NCBI GenBank assembly: GCA_051382335.1 | Contig: JBBCAX010000160.1 | Coordinates: forward strand, 1-43,772 | Origin: Deltaproteobacteria bacterium TL4 | GTDB lineage: Bacteria; SAR324; NAC60-12 | Direction of reading: 5' to 3' | DNA length: 43,772 bases | Shown: positions 1 through 9,149 of the stretch, piece after piece | How positions within the stretch are numbered: position 1 is the stretch's first letter | How the letters are laid out: each line of letters opens with the position of its first letter | Notes under the pieces: generated by a model | The model's database searches: none | The model's input: only the letters and a program-made list of their open reading frames with translations | What the model was told of the DNA's origin: nothing | Translations under genes and position numbers: made by a program

Positions 1-806
1 ATAGAAAGCTCACACCATTGATGACTTTGTTCGAGGCCCCTGACCATTAACGCAAAAGGCTTTTCTTCCCTTCGTTTCCTGTGTCTTAACGTGAGCACGC
101 TTTGAGGTTTGAAAGGGTCCGTCATTAGATGAAAACCTCCCAACCCTTTCACCGCAATGATTTTCCCTGCTTTCAATAAAACCACACACTGGGAAAGCGC
201 GGAATGATGGGTAAAAAGGACCTTGCCTTGAGCATTCAGTAGCGAAAGATGCGGACCGCACTCAGGACAAGCATTCGGTTGGGCGTGAAAACGCCTATCG
301 GAAGGCGTATGATATTCCGCCTCACACCGGGAACACATTTGAAAAGAATGCATCGTCGTGTTTTCCCGGTCATAAGGAACTTTTTGAATGATGGAAAATC
401 TGGGTCCGCACTGGGTACAATTGATGAAAGGGTAAAGATAACGTCGATTGGAAGGTTCAAACAATTCCTGGATACAGGCGTCACATACCGAGAGGTCAGG
501 AAGCACCTGAGTCCTCGAATCGGAAGCGTCTTCGCTGTCAATAATGCTGAAGTGTGAGTCCGATTGTACGGAGCATTCCTGTGTTTCTAATTGATCCATG
601 GAGGCAATAGAGGGTAATTGAGCAGGGAGCGCCTTCAGCAATAGTTCGAGTTGTTCAGGACTTCCTTCTGCCTCGATAACCACTTGCGAGGCCCTGTTTT
701 TCACGAACCCTGTTAAGCCCAAAGCACAAGCCTGCTTAAACACAAAAGGCCTGAAGCCTACGCCTTGTACTCTTCCTGAGATGATGATTCGTCTTCTGAT
801 TTTCAT
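1..806 (-). CDS. hypF: Hydrogenase maturation carbamoyltransferase HypF, 5' part (runs off the left edge)
   Basis: Manual translation from ATG 806: MKIRRRIIISGRVQGVGFRPFVFKQA (acylphosphatase domain), two Zn-finger blocks (CDAC..INCTQCGPRF; MCSRC..HAQPNACPECGP) and KIIAVKGLGGFHL..RHRKRREEKPFALMV. The frame is open to position 1, so the ORF track omits it. Confidence 0.95.
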   Translation of the reverse strand, partial: MKIRRRIIISGRVQGVGFRPFVFKQACALGLTGFVKNRASQVVIEAEGSPEQLELLLKALPAQLPSIASMDQLETQECSVQSDSHFSIIDSEDASDSRTQVLPDLSVCDACIQELFEPSNRRYLYPFINCTQCGPRFSIIQKVPYDRENTTMHSFQMCSRCEAEYHTPSDRRFHAQPNACPECGPHLSLLNAQGKVLFTHHSALSQCVVLLKAGKIIAVKGLGGFHLMTDPFKPQSVLTLRHRKRREEKPFALMVRGLEQSHQWCELS

Positions 807-811
807 AAAGC

Positions 812-1003
812 TCATTGGGCGTATTCACTCAATGGGAGAGTGTTTGAAACAAGGGATCCCATCGGCCATTTACCCGGAACCAGGAAGGGATTGTAGGCAA
901 AGCGAAGCATCGCCGACCATAAAGCTCCCTGATAATGCGGCAGGGACTTGATCGGAGTCAGGACTTTAAAGGTGAGAGTGAGGAAATAACGTGGATTTTT
1001 CAC
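812..1003 (-). pseudogene. Truncated Cas6-like N-terminal fragment (63 aa from GTG 1003)
   Basis: YFLTLTFKVLTPIKSLPHYQGALWSAMLRFAY has the beta1-loop-helix1 pattern of Cas6 N-termini. GGGGA RBS, 11 bp after the last RAMP gene. It stops long before any C-terminal G-rich loop. Confidence 0.55.
821..850 (+). repeat. Single CRISPR-repeat-like 30-mer (no array)
   Basis: GTATT-CACTC-AATGGGA-GAGTG-TTTGAAAC: 5-bp stem followed by exactly 8 nt ending in GAAAC. Only one copy found. Confidence 0.35.
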
Positions 1004-1014
1004 AATTCCCCAAC

Positions 1015-2088
1015 TCAACGTCTTTGAAAAACAGGAAACGCATAGTGGCGTTGGGGACGGTTTTCCCATAAGAGGAAAGGTTGAAGCAATTCCAAACGAT
1101 CATTGTGAATCAAGCGTTTCAATCGTTCGGTTTCTGTTTTCAGGAAGTCTCCCTGACGTTCCTGCGAGACTGCTCCCAAACTCCGATAACGATCCGTTGA
1201 GAAGGGCTTCCATCCGGTCAACTTTACAAGACAAGATCCCCATCCAAAGGATTTTCCAGTCCCCACATGATGCGCCCATCCGGCAGGTAACTGAATCGAC
1301 CCTAATAAATTGGCGACTTCTGGTTCCTCCAAATTGGTATAGCGCACGGTAAATTGAAAGGAATGTCCCGGTTCCAGGGGCTGCGACTCAACCGCTTGTT
1401 GATGGTTTCCGGTTGTTTTGGGGATAGTCGCCTTTAGAGGTGGTTCCGACCAATGGTAATACATTTTTCGCCCGGCTAATTTATTATCAGGAAAATAATC
1501 CGGATATTGGGAGGAGTTGGGACGAGGTTTGGGTTTGGGCTCGCCCTGAATGGGAAGAGCAATCCCATCTACAAAGCGAGGAGAGGTCTCCGGTTTTAAA
1601 AGAGCGTCTCCTATTTGTATTCGGCCATGGAATAACCCTGAATCGCGTCCTCTTCCCATAAATCCAAAAAGCCGACAGGCTGGACAAAGGTTGTTCACAT
1701 GATAACATTGTTTCAATCCCATGTTATTGTTCTTCAGAGGCTCATAATCTTGAGGTAAAATCTGTTGATATTTATAGTTAATCTGAGACAAACAGGAATT
1801 GGTCAGAACTTCATAGATGGAACGGAAGGTTCCTTTGAGGGTTGTTCCGGGAATGACCGGTTTTCCGTTAGCCATAACAAAATGTTTAGCGTCCCCCGCA
1901 GGTAAGGAAAACCCCAAGTCATCGTGTCCTGAAGCCACTAAAAGCCAAGTCAGATTTTCCAGTTCAAACTGAAGTTCTCCATGAAAGAGGTTGGGGTGAA
2001 ACTTTTCATGAAATGCTTTTACAGAACTACGAGATACCGGTTGATCGGAAAAAGGAACAAAGCCATAAGGAGAATGAGCTTCAGCCAT
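1015..2088 (-). CDS. cas7: Type III-D terminal Cas7/RAMP (TIGR03986-like)
   Basis: SPYGFVP N-terminus, GKPVIPGTTLKGTFRSIYEVLTNSC, LCPACRLFG, GRKMYYH, G-loop VGTGKSFGWG. Confidence 0.88.
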   Translation of the reverse strand: MAEAHSPYGFVPFSDQPVSRSSVKAFHEKFHPNLFHGELQFELENLTWLLVASGHDDLGFSLPAGDAKHFVMANGKPVIPGTTLKGTFRSIYEVLTNSCLSQINYKYQQILPQDYEPLKNNNMGLKQCYHVNNLCPACRLFGFMGRGRDSGLFHGRIQIGDALLKPETSPRFVDGIALPIQGEPKPKPRPNSSQYPDYFPDNKLAGRKMYYHWSEPPLKATIPKTTGNHQQAVESQPLEPGHSFQFTVRYTNLEEPEVANLLGSIQLPAGWAHHVGTGKSFGWGSCLVKLTGWKPFSTDRYRSLGAVSQERQGDFLKTETERLKRLIHNDRLELLQPFLLWENRPQRHYAFPVFQRR

Positions 2089-2089
2089 A

Positions 2090-2560
2090 TCAGACCTCCT
2101 GTTTTTGTTGGGAAAGATGAGTCCATTGATAATAAAAGGGAAGTCCCTGTTTCAATCCTGTTTTTTGGTGAAGCGTTACAGGAGAGGTGATTCCAAGAGA
2201 CTGAAAATCAAAACGTTTTGGCAGTTCTTCATGCCACAGAAAGGAGGAAACCGTTTGGCTTTCTGAGAGTTCTTCCAGGGTAAATCCATTTTGGAGATCC
2301 CAATCACCCGCCAGCAGGATATGCCAGGTCAGGGTTCCCTGAAAATCCCTGATTTTTTGCCAGCGCAATTCCCGTTGGGGAGTAAAAAAACGTCCTTCCA
2401 GGATGGAGTCCAGGGACACTGGCAAAGAGGATTTTTTGCAAAAATCGCCTTGGGTCAGCGCATCATAAAATCCGGGAGTGTCTGGAGTGAGTTGGGTCCA
2501 ACACTGCTCAAGTTGTTCATAAGATGCTTTGGGGTTTGCCTGTAAACGCATGTTCCTCAT
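2090..2560 (-). CDS. csx19: Csx19-like type III-D subunit
   Basis: 156 aa, GRFFTPQRELRW motif, canonical position just before the terminal Cas7. Confidence 0.65.
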   Translation of the reverse strand: MRNMRLQANPKASYEQLEQCWTQLTPDTPGFYDALTQGDFCKKSSLPVSLDSILEGRFFTPQRELRWQKIRDFQGTLTWHILLAGDWDLQNGFTLEELSESQTVSSFLWHEELPKRFDFQSLGITSPVTLHQKTGLKQGLPFYYQWTHLSQQKQEV

Positions 2561-2569
2561 TGATTTGTA

Positions 2570-3535
2570 TTACTGAATTTTCAGTTTTTTTTCTTTTCTC
2601 CAGTTTTGCATGGAATTAAACGATTGAATGAAATTTGGGAAATAGTCCTGTAAACTTGTATAAAAAGCATCTTGCTGATCTGACGAAATCGAGGCCCGGT
2701 GGCGTATGCCTTGTCTGGAAAAAGGGATTGAAAAGGGCAATGGATTTTCCCTGGCAAATCCATAAGAGGCCTTATCCTGCGCCTGATACAAGGAACCAAT
2801 ACCTTCAATTTCACGGGGAGACGAAGAGGTGATCAGATCAAGCTGAATTGAGGTTACGGTTCCCTTGACCATCCCTAACCCCCGTGAGGTGGCCATGCCC
2901 AAAGAGATCATGCCATCTTGCAGGTCTCTCAGGAGGTAGCTCAACAAGGATAACTGCCACAATTCAAAATTAGTGATACGGATGGTGGTGAAAAACTCTC
3001 CGGAGGTAATGACTTCAAAATCAAATTTTGCGCCATGAACAGCGCCTCCACTGAAGCGATCAATCCCAACGCCGTCTCGAAATTCGGGTTGAGGGGGTTT
3101 CTGATCTTGAGCGACATAGGCATCATTGATATTGAATCTCCCTGCCATGGAGAGAGAGCCAAACAATCGGCAGACAGGACAGGAAGCCTTATAAACTTCA
3201 GGGGAACTCATCTGCTTTTTATAGGGAGCGAACGCATCACTACAACTGCCAACGCCATGAGGGGATGGATTTTTTTCCGGTTTGTGATTCAAGGTATTAA
3301 ACGGATTGCAAATGGCTTGATCGTTGAGGGTTCGTCCAATTTTTTCGGTATGGGAACGCAATACTCCTTTGAGAGAGCTTCCAGGCAAATACACTTCAGG
3401 ACGTCCATTCCGAAAGGTTTTCACAAAGGCGGCATCGGTTGTGGCTCCTACATTGTTGCCTGATTTGATCAGGAGGGGGCCTTCAGGAGAAAGTTTCAAA
3501 TCCACACGGCATTCATTGAGTAATTGTCGAAACAT
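2570..3535 (-). CDS. cas7: Cas7/Csm3-group RAMP (Csx7-like); start ATG 3535
   Basis: YLPGSSLKGVLRS, CPVCRLFGS, FRDGVGIDRFSGG, G-loop LGMATSRGLG; GGAG RBS before MFRQLLNE. Confidence 0.9.
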   Translation of the reverse strand: MFRQLLNECRVDLKLSPEGPLLIKSGNNVGATTDAAFVKTFRNGRPEVYLPGSSLKGVLRSHTEKIGRTLNDQAICNPFNTLNHKPEKNPSPHGVGSCSDAFAPYKKQMSSPEVYKASCPVCRLFGSLSMAGRFNINDAYVAQDQKPPQPEFRDGVGIDRFSGGAVHGAKFDFEVITSGEFFTTIRITNFELWQLSLLSYLLRDLQDGMISLGMATSRGLGMVKGTVTSIQLDLITSSSPREIEGIGSLYQAQDKASYGFARENPLPFSIPFSRQGIRHRASISSDQQDAFYTSLQDYFPNFIQSFNSMQNWRKEKKLKIQ

Positions 3536-3540
3536 AGAGG

Positions 3541-4365
3541 TTACTCCACAGAAGAGGTTGGGGAAGAATCCGAGGGACTCAGATAAGAAGCGAGGTGTTC
3601 TAACAACCATTTTTCTGGTTCATCGACCGTTTTAATCTGACCTGAAAAAAAGAGAAGCAAAGACTTTTTGTCTGAAAAATCTATCGGAGCAATTCTCAGG
3701 TTTTCCAGATGGAGACTGCCTAACCCCCGGCTGGTTTTTCCTCCCAAGGCCAAGTGGCCGTTGAGGAGTTCCAGGAGTCCGATTGCCAGGAGCGCCCAAT
3801 CTTTCGGACTCATATTTTCCGCCATCAGTTTCAGTTCAAACCGACTCCCGGCTGGAACCGCTTCAAAATCATACTTTACACTATCCACGGCTGTTTTGGA
3901 GTCGCGGTCAATACCGACTCCATCTCGTAATTCTGTAGGGAAGGAATACCCTATCAGCAAATGCAGATCATCAAACAAGACCCTGGAACGCCAGGAGGAA
4001 CCGCCAAACAGTAAACAGGCGGGACAAAGATTCTGTTCCAGATACTGGGATAGTTCTGTTGGAGTTGAGGATTCAGCCTTCTCCTGAATGTGAGTAGCTC
4101 CTTTGGGATCACCGGAAAGGCAGAGAGAGTTTTGTTTTTCCAGAAAACAGACAGGCAAATTCAGGGTATGAGCCAAGGCTTCAACCCGTGAACGCAAAGC
4201 CCCTTTGAGAGAAGCTCCCGGAATAAAACAACGTCCAAAACTGGAACGAATGACGGGGGAATCCAAATGACTCACCTGGTGGCTTGTTCCCATATGCAAT
4301 GCGGTATCCAGCACCACATGTGCGGATATTTCAGTACGATTTTTTAATTGATGATGCAATAACAT
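3541..4365 (-). CDS. cas7: Cas7/Csm3-group RAMP (Csx7-like)
   Basis: LHMG..LDSPVIR, FIPGASLKGALRS, LCPACLLFG, LRDGVGIDRDS, LGGKTSRGLG. Confidence 0.9.
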   Translation of the reverse strand: MLLHHQLKNRTEISAHVVLDTALHMGTSHQVSHLDSPVIRSSFGRCFIPGASLKGALRSRVEALAHTLNLPVCFLEKQNSLCLSGDPKGATHIQEKAESSTPTELSQYLEQNLCPACLLFGGSSWRSRVLFDDLHLLIGYSFPTELRDGVGIDRDSKTAVDSVKYDFEAVPAGSRFELKLMAENMSPKDWALLAIGLLELLNGHLALGGKTSRGLGSLHLENLRIAPIDFSDKKSLLLFFSGQIKTVDEPEKWLLEHLASYLSPSDSSPTSSVE

Positions 4366-4386
4366 AGGTACCTGTTTCCCTGATAA

Positions 4387-4902
4387 TCACTCAGATTGAC
4401 TCAACCGTCGAGCCAGATAATAGACATGTTTGTTCCATTCCCGAAACAAAAGCAGGAGTCCCTGTTCTCGTTCCTGGGATGGCGCTTTTTCTTTGTCATA
4501 AAAAGAGGTTAGTATGGTTTTGATGGATGGATTCAATCCAATTTCTTCGTCTCCAAATAAAGCTTTTATGAGAGTTTCCCAATAGCGTTGTTCCTGCTTA
4601 TGGTTTCTTTTTTCTGCCAACGTTTGTCTATGGCTCAGAAACGCTTCAAAACTGGTTTCATTCGTTTCATTTCCATTTTTGTAAAAAATATCTTTCCCTT
4701 TTTGAATGGCTTGCGACTGATGAAACATCCCGCTGAGTTGAGTGTCTGTCGTGAAAATGGGAAGTGGCTTCCCTTTGTGATTTTGCCCCTCTCTTTTCTC
4801 TAGTTCCTGTTCTTTGAAATCCAACAACATTTTTTGGATACCAGGAAAGAGCACTCGATCTGAATATTCCAGAACCGCTTGTTCCAATTCATACCGCCGC
4901 AT
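4387..4902 (-). CDS. Putative second small subunit (Cas11-like helical protein, 171 aa); start ATG 4902
   Basis: Predominantly helical pattern TQLSG..FEAFLSHRQ..YWETL..LLFREW; GGAG RBS; lies inside the effector operon. Confidence 0.5.
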   Translation of the reverse strand: MRRYELEQAVLEYSDRVLFPGIQKMLLDFKEQELEKREGQNHKGKPLPIFTTDTQLSGMFHQSQAIQKGKDIFYKNGNETNETSFEAFLSHRQTLAEKRNHKQEQRYWETLIKALFGDEEIGLNPSIKTILTSFYDKEKAPSQEREQGLLLLFREWNKHVYYLARRLSQSE

Positions 4903-4903
4903 A

Positions 4904-5536
4904 TCAATGACTCCGATGATTCGAGTGTTGCGAGTTCGTTGCCTGTTCATACCCAAATCGAGCCGCACAATGACCAATCATCCCCCTCAGAAGAATCAAA
5001 ACAGATTCCTGTTTTTTGAGGCGATGCGGCAAAGTTTCCTGAGTCCAGTATTTTTTCCCGATCTCATGAGCCTGCTGTTTCAACTGTTGAAGGATATTTT
5101 CCAGTTCTTTTCCAAACTCCCCCCAATCCCGTTGATGTTTTGCCATTTGGCGATAGATGAAATCAAAAATCTCACTATAGGAGCGAGCCGACCAGGCCAC
5201 ATTTTCCAGTTGTTTGATCTGGGTTTGGGATAAACTGTTTTGGGAAGCTTTTTTGGCGAGTTTGTGCATTTCATCAACCTTTTGTTCATCGTCCAAAACG
5301 GAGTTTAAATCCTGCATCCAGGAAATTTCCAGTTGCTGTTGCTCCAGTTCTTGAGCTAAAACATCGCCCTGGGAAAATTGTGGTTTGTTGACGTCCTCGG
5401 AGGGTTTTATTATGGGGTGGATGGCTTGTAGCTGATCTTGCAGAGAACCCGATGAAGAAGGTTTCTGCGGAGAAGATTTCTGGGTATTGCTTGTTTTTTG
5501 GGGAGCATAGGGATTCAGGTTTTGATGTTTACTCAT
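4904..5536 (-). CDS. Small subunit Cas11/Csm2-like with low-complexity N-terminal extension
   Basis: LSQTQIKQL..SYSEIFDFIYRQMAK..WGEFGKELENIL matches the type III small-subunit pattern; follows csx10. Confidence 0.6.
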   Translation of the reverse strand: MSKHQNLNPYAPQKTSNTQKSSPQKPSSSGSLQDQLQAIHPIIKPSEDVNKPQFSQGDVLAQELEQQQLEISWMQDLNSVLDDEQKVDEMHKLAKKASQNSLSQTQIKQLENVAWSARSYSEIFDFIYRQMAKHQRDWGEFGKELENILQQLKQQAHEIGKKYWTQETLPHRLKKQESVLILLRGMIGHCAARFGYEQATNSQHSNHRSH

Positions 5537-6758
5537 GATTTAACTCCAGCTTCAAGGGAAAGAAATCGAGATGAAAGGGATGACAAGGGATGATTTGTCC
5601 ATAACCTTCGCCCAGGCGTTCGCCCAGGCCATAGCGTTCTATTTTTTCTAATCCCTGGAGAATATTGGACAGGGAGCCTTTGGCTTTCCATAAAAGCACA
5701 CTACCTGCTGCCAAGGCATAACGTTCAGAGCGAGGAATCTGCAATAATCCATTCCATCCGCTGATACGGCAGGAACGAACCAGAGAGGAGATTGGAGTCC
5801 ATTGCACCTCAGGAGCATAAGGGAATAAATCCTCCTGTTGAAGTTCCATTCGGTCTCGCATCCACACATCTCTTAAAATCAGTGGACTGAATAGATCGAA
5901 GGTTACCCAATATTCATCAGTACCAAGGGGGAGACCAACGTTTTTTGCCAAAGTCTGTAATTTCAGAAGCCTCTCGGAGAGGGAGCCTCCTATAAGAGGC
6001 GAGGATTCTCCAATCCAACGCGCCTCGACTTTCCCCATTCCACGAGTGAGCGAAGCTCCAACCCGAAGTTGAGTGATGGTTTGCAAAGGCGCAATATCCA
6101 GTGTTTCTGGAACACTGATCCATCCCCAAAAAGAGGTTCCTTCATCCAAAGGTTCCAGGGAAAAGAGTTGTCCCCCCTGAACACTATCCGTCATGGAATT
6201 CACTGAAGAACGGCTGATCAGGCGTCTGACCGGTGTAATGGTTTTTGCCTCAAGACATTGTTGCCGATCATACTGCATGTACCCGCTTAACCCCTGTAAG
6301 GCGGCTGAACAAATCACTTCTTGCTGAGGCGGTAAGCGTACTGATTTCTGACAATGATCAAAGTGATGACGGTAATCTTCCTGGTTTTCCTTAAAACGGA
6401 AGAGATGATCCACCACCCCATGCTTATCCGAGAGATGGGAGTCGGAAAAACCCTTAAAGCGTTTACAACTTTGAGCTGTTTCCGGAATCGGTCCCCACAC
6501 CCATTGGGTCGTATCCGAAAAAGGAGCCGACATTACAGGATAAAGAGGTAAAAAGCGAACTTGTTCCTCAACAAAAACTTTTTGAAACCAGGGTTCTTGA
6601 GCGTTTCCCTGACGTAACCATTCGGACGCAAAAGCACCCCGAAGAGAACTTCCGGAAATCAAATCTTGTGAACGCAACACATTGTCATTCACATTGACCC
6701 TGTTATTCAACAGCAGCGGCTGTTGTCCCGTGAGCTGAATCAGATACTTTTTAACCAT
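5529..6758 (-). CDS. csx10: Csx10 (Cas5-group double-RAMP) of type III-D
   Basis: ISGSSLRGAFA, first G-loop VGASLTRGMG, ISGWN..PRS..ALAAGSV, C-terminal GLGERLGEGYG. Confidence 0.88.
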   Translation of the reverse strand: MVKKYLIQLTGQQPLLLNNRVNVNDNVLRSQDLISGSSLRGAFASEWLRQGNAQEPWFQKVFVEEQVRFLPLYPVMSAPFSDTTQWVWGPIPETAQSCKRFKGFSDSHLSDKHGVVDHLFRFKENQEDYRHHFDHCQKSVRLPPQQEVICSAALQGLSGYMQYDRQQCLEAKTITPVRRLISRSSVNSMTDSVQGGQLFSLEPLDEGTSFWGWISVPETLDIAPLQTITQLRVGASLTRGMGKVEARWIGESSPLIGGSLSERLLKLQTLAKNVGLPLGTDEYWVTFDLFSPLILRDVWMRDRMELQQEDLFPYAPEVQWTPISSLVRSCRISGWNGLLQIPRSERYALAAGSVLLWKAKGSLSNILQGLEKIERYGLGERLGEGYGQIIPCHPFHLDFFPLKLELNHE

Positions 6759-7485
6759 GGGATCCTTCCAGCTTGGAGTTCATGTATTTTTCCAGCATTT
6801 CCTTCAGGGATTTTTCCTGAAACATCTGTTTCTGTTCCTGTTCATCAACAATACTTAATCCAACGGGTTTGAGTAAAACCTTCCCTTGCCCACGAGACTT
6901 TCCCCCGCCCAATTTGGAACATAATTGCATACTGCCTAACAAGTAAAACAAAGCCTCCGATTGTTCCAGGGGTTGAGCTTGGCGAAATTTACAATCCACT
7001 GAACTTTCAAAAGAAAGAGAAGCCGGAGCAGTTTCATCCATGTGTAAATGTTTTTTCCTGACACTTCCAAGAAAACGATTGATTTGAATGCCAGCCCGTT
7101 CTTCTGGAAAATGTTTTTTGTTTTTAGAAGCCTCTTCCTGATTTGAAACCCTGGAAGCTGAGGGGGGCGGATTGAGTTGGAAAATCCCATCTTCAAAAAA
7201 GAGATGTCCCTGATTGAGTCTTGAGCCAAACAATTGTTGAATCAAGGCGGAATCGGGGGAGGACTGGGTGCCTCCGCCCTCATGGCCTGTCAATAAAGCA
7301 TCTAACTGACGAGCGTGATGACGTAACCGTCCCTTGAGGGAGGATGAGGGAATCCTGGGATTTCCGTTTTGATCTCGGACAATGGTATGATCGAGGTGTT
7401 GATACCCATAGCCAGTACGAATTTGTAAACTGGTTTGAAGCCAGATTTTGTAAGTCAGAGCAAACCCTTTAATCAATGTCGTCAT
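6751..7485 (-). CDS. csm3: Cas7/Csm3-group RAMP; start ATG 7485 (ATGA overlap with the cas10 stop)
   Basis: TGYG..LDHTIVRDQNGNPRIPSSSLKGRLR, QLFGS, G-loop LGGGKSRGQG. Confidence 0.88.
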   Translation of the reverse strand: MTTLIKGFALTYKIWLQTSLQIRTGYGYQHLDHTIVRDQNGNPRIPSSSLKGRLRHHARQLDALLTGHEGGGTQSSPDSALIQQLFGSRLNQGHLFFEDGIFQLNPPPSASRVSNQEEASKNKKHFPEERAGIQINRFLGSVRKKHLHMDETAPASLSFESSVDCKFRQAQPLEQSEALFYLLGSMQLCSKLGGGKSRGQGKVLLKPVGLSIVDEQEQKQMFQEKSLKEMLEKYMNSKLEGSHG

Positions 7486-9044
7486 TCCTCCTCCTGGGAC
7501 GTAAGATAAGGATAAATTTCCAGCATATCGCCTAAAACCGTGCAGCAATCGGCTTGCCCAGCCTCTCCAGGAGTGATCCAGGGAAGTTTATCAGGATGAA
7601 CGGAACCTCCTCTCAGGTTTTGGGATTCACTAAGAACTCCTTGTAAGGTTTTTCTTTGTGAAGGCTTCATACGTCCCATCAGGGCAAATAATTCCTGACT
7701 TCCCCGTGTTCTCGATTTTTGACAAGCCTCAAACAGATGATGCAGACGAGAACTGGAAACCTGGCCATGAATCTGCTGCACCCACTTGAAAAGAAGATTC
7801 AGTTCCTCTGGTGTATAGGGGCGTGCGGTTAACATCGTATCCCGATTGAGTTTCCATTCAGTTTCCCTTGAATGGGAGAGATCGAGGGCTGAGGAGGCGG
7901 TAATCACCCTGAAATCAATAGCGCTCTGAGTTGGTCTGGATTGTTTTTCTTGCCAGAAAGAACGTTTTTTGGCGGACTTTAATAAATCTTCAGTCAAATG
8001 AATCATGGTATGAATCGGTAAACTGGACTGACTGAGAAGGACTCCGATTCCCAGAGACATTCCTTCCTGACGAAATACCGTTTCAAAAGAGGTTGCGATA
8101 TCGCTGGCAATGGACAGCGCTTTGTCAGCGCCACAGACCAGGAGTAAGTCATCTCCTCCCAAAAGCAAAATTTCAGCGGCCAAGGAAGGATTTGAATGAT
8201 CCTGATCCTCAAAACTTTTCAAGGCATGGGGATAAGCCTTTAAAATCGCGGAGAAGGTTGCTTCTTTGAGGGTCTGATCTACTTTTTTGGAAAACTCGGC
8301 ATACTCCGTGGCTCCCTTGAGATGACTCAAGGCTTTGCCCATTTGGTTGCCATCCGCATAGATCACTCCGACATACCCCTTGCGAGTCTGGGTACGAGTT
8401 CCCAATTCCTGTAAATCGTCAGGAAGTTGTTTTTCCAGCCAGCGCTCAATGGATTGTTCAGGATGTGTCAAGAATCGGGGACTGTATTCCGAAGAATTTT
8501 TCAGAAAATCCACAAATGCCCGAATATAAGGTAACTGGGAGATTCCCCGGTCAATCCGCTCACGTTTTTTAACGCATGGACGACATAAAAACCGAACGGT
8601 TTCATGTTCTTTTTTTGCTTCAGACGCAGGAAATTGAGCACAACTTTCACAAACACGAACAACCGAAAGGATGGGTGATTCTAAAGGAACCAGAGGCAAC
8701 TCTTGCGAAAGCAAGTCCGCCAAAACAGGACGGAGTTGAGTTAATTGACTGGCATCTCCAGGATGAGACACCACTTTGATTTGAGCGGAACCGGTTATCT
8801 GATAATACGCTTTTTCCAACTCCTCCTGGAATTTTTCAACTGCATCTTTATCAGGAAATTCGGCCATACCACCCCCTCCGCCCCAATAGATGTCTTTTCC
8901 TCCATGCTTTTTCGTCAGATCATGCATGATCTTGTGGTTCAACTCATCCAGCAAAACACTGGCTCCCCGAATTTCTTTAAGACGATTGGTAGCAAAAATG
9001 TATTTTTTGATGCCGGGAGTATCAATACTGACTAAATAAGACAT
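7482..9044 (-). CDS. cas10: Cas10 without HD domain (520 aa); start ATG 9044
   Basis: Begins directly with Palm1 (IDTPGIKKYIF..LKEIRGAS..GGGG); Zn finger CESC..CRPC; Palm2 IYADGNQMG and LLGGDDLL. Confidence 0.93.
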   Translation of the reverse strand: MSYLVSIDTPGIKKYIFATNRLKEIRGASVLLDELNHKIMHDLTKKHGGKDIYWGGGGGMAEFPDKDAVEKFQEELEKAYYQITGSAQIKVVSHPGDASQLTQLRPVLADLLSQELPLVPLESPILSVVRVCESCAQFPASEAKKEHETVRFLCRPCVKKRERIDRGISQLPYIRAFVDFLKNSSEYSPRFLTHPEQSIERWLEKQLPDDLQELGTRTQTRKGYVGVIYADGNQMGKALSHLKGATEYAEFSKKVDQTLKEATFSAILKAYPHALKSFEDQDHSNPSLAAEILLLGGDDLLLVCGADKALSIASDIATSFETVFRQEGMSLGIGVLLSQSSLPIHTMIHLTEDLLKSAKKRSFWQEKQSRPTQSAIDFRVITASSALDLSHSRETEWKLNRDTMLTARPYTPEELNLLFKWVQQIHGQVSSSRLHHLFEACQKSRTRGSQELFALMGRMKPSQRKTLQGVLSESQNLRGGSVHPDKLPWITPGEAGQADCCTVLGDMLEIYPYLTSQEEE

Positions 9045-9120
9045 AAGAAGGGTCTTTCTGTTTGAGAGCAAATCGAAAGATTTGTCATTAAACGGAGTTA
9101 TCCTGTTTATGAGTTTCTTA

Positions 9121-9149
9121 TCCCTAACAAGAGCTCGCCGCATTGTCAA
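9121..9149 (-). promoter_or_regulatory. Candidate sigma70 promoter for the cas operon
   Basis: TTGACA (9149-9144), 17-bp spacer, TGnTAGGGA (weak -10); flanked by two copies of GATAACTCC (9094-9102, 9152-9160). Confidence 0.4.

Noticed and set aside
10..557. ORF-track ORFs 10-261, 236-541 and 249-557
   Set aside because: Alternative frames or antisense of hypF, which occupies 1-806
864..898. CCCGGAACCAGGAAGGGATTGTAG as a second CRISPR repeat
   Set aside because: Does not match 821-850 and is explained as the antisense of the AYNPFLVPG codons
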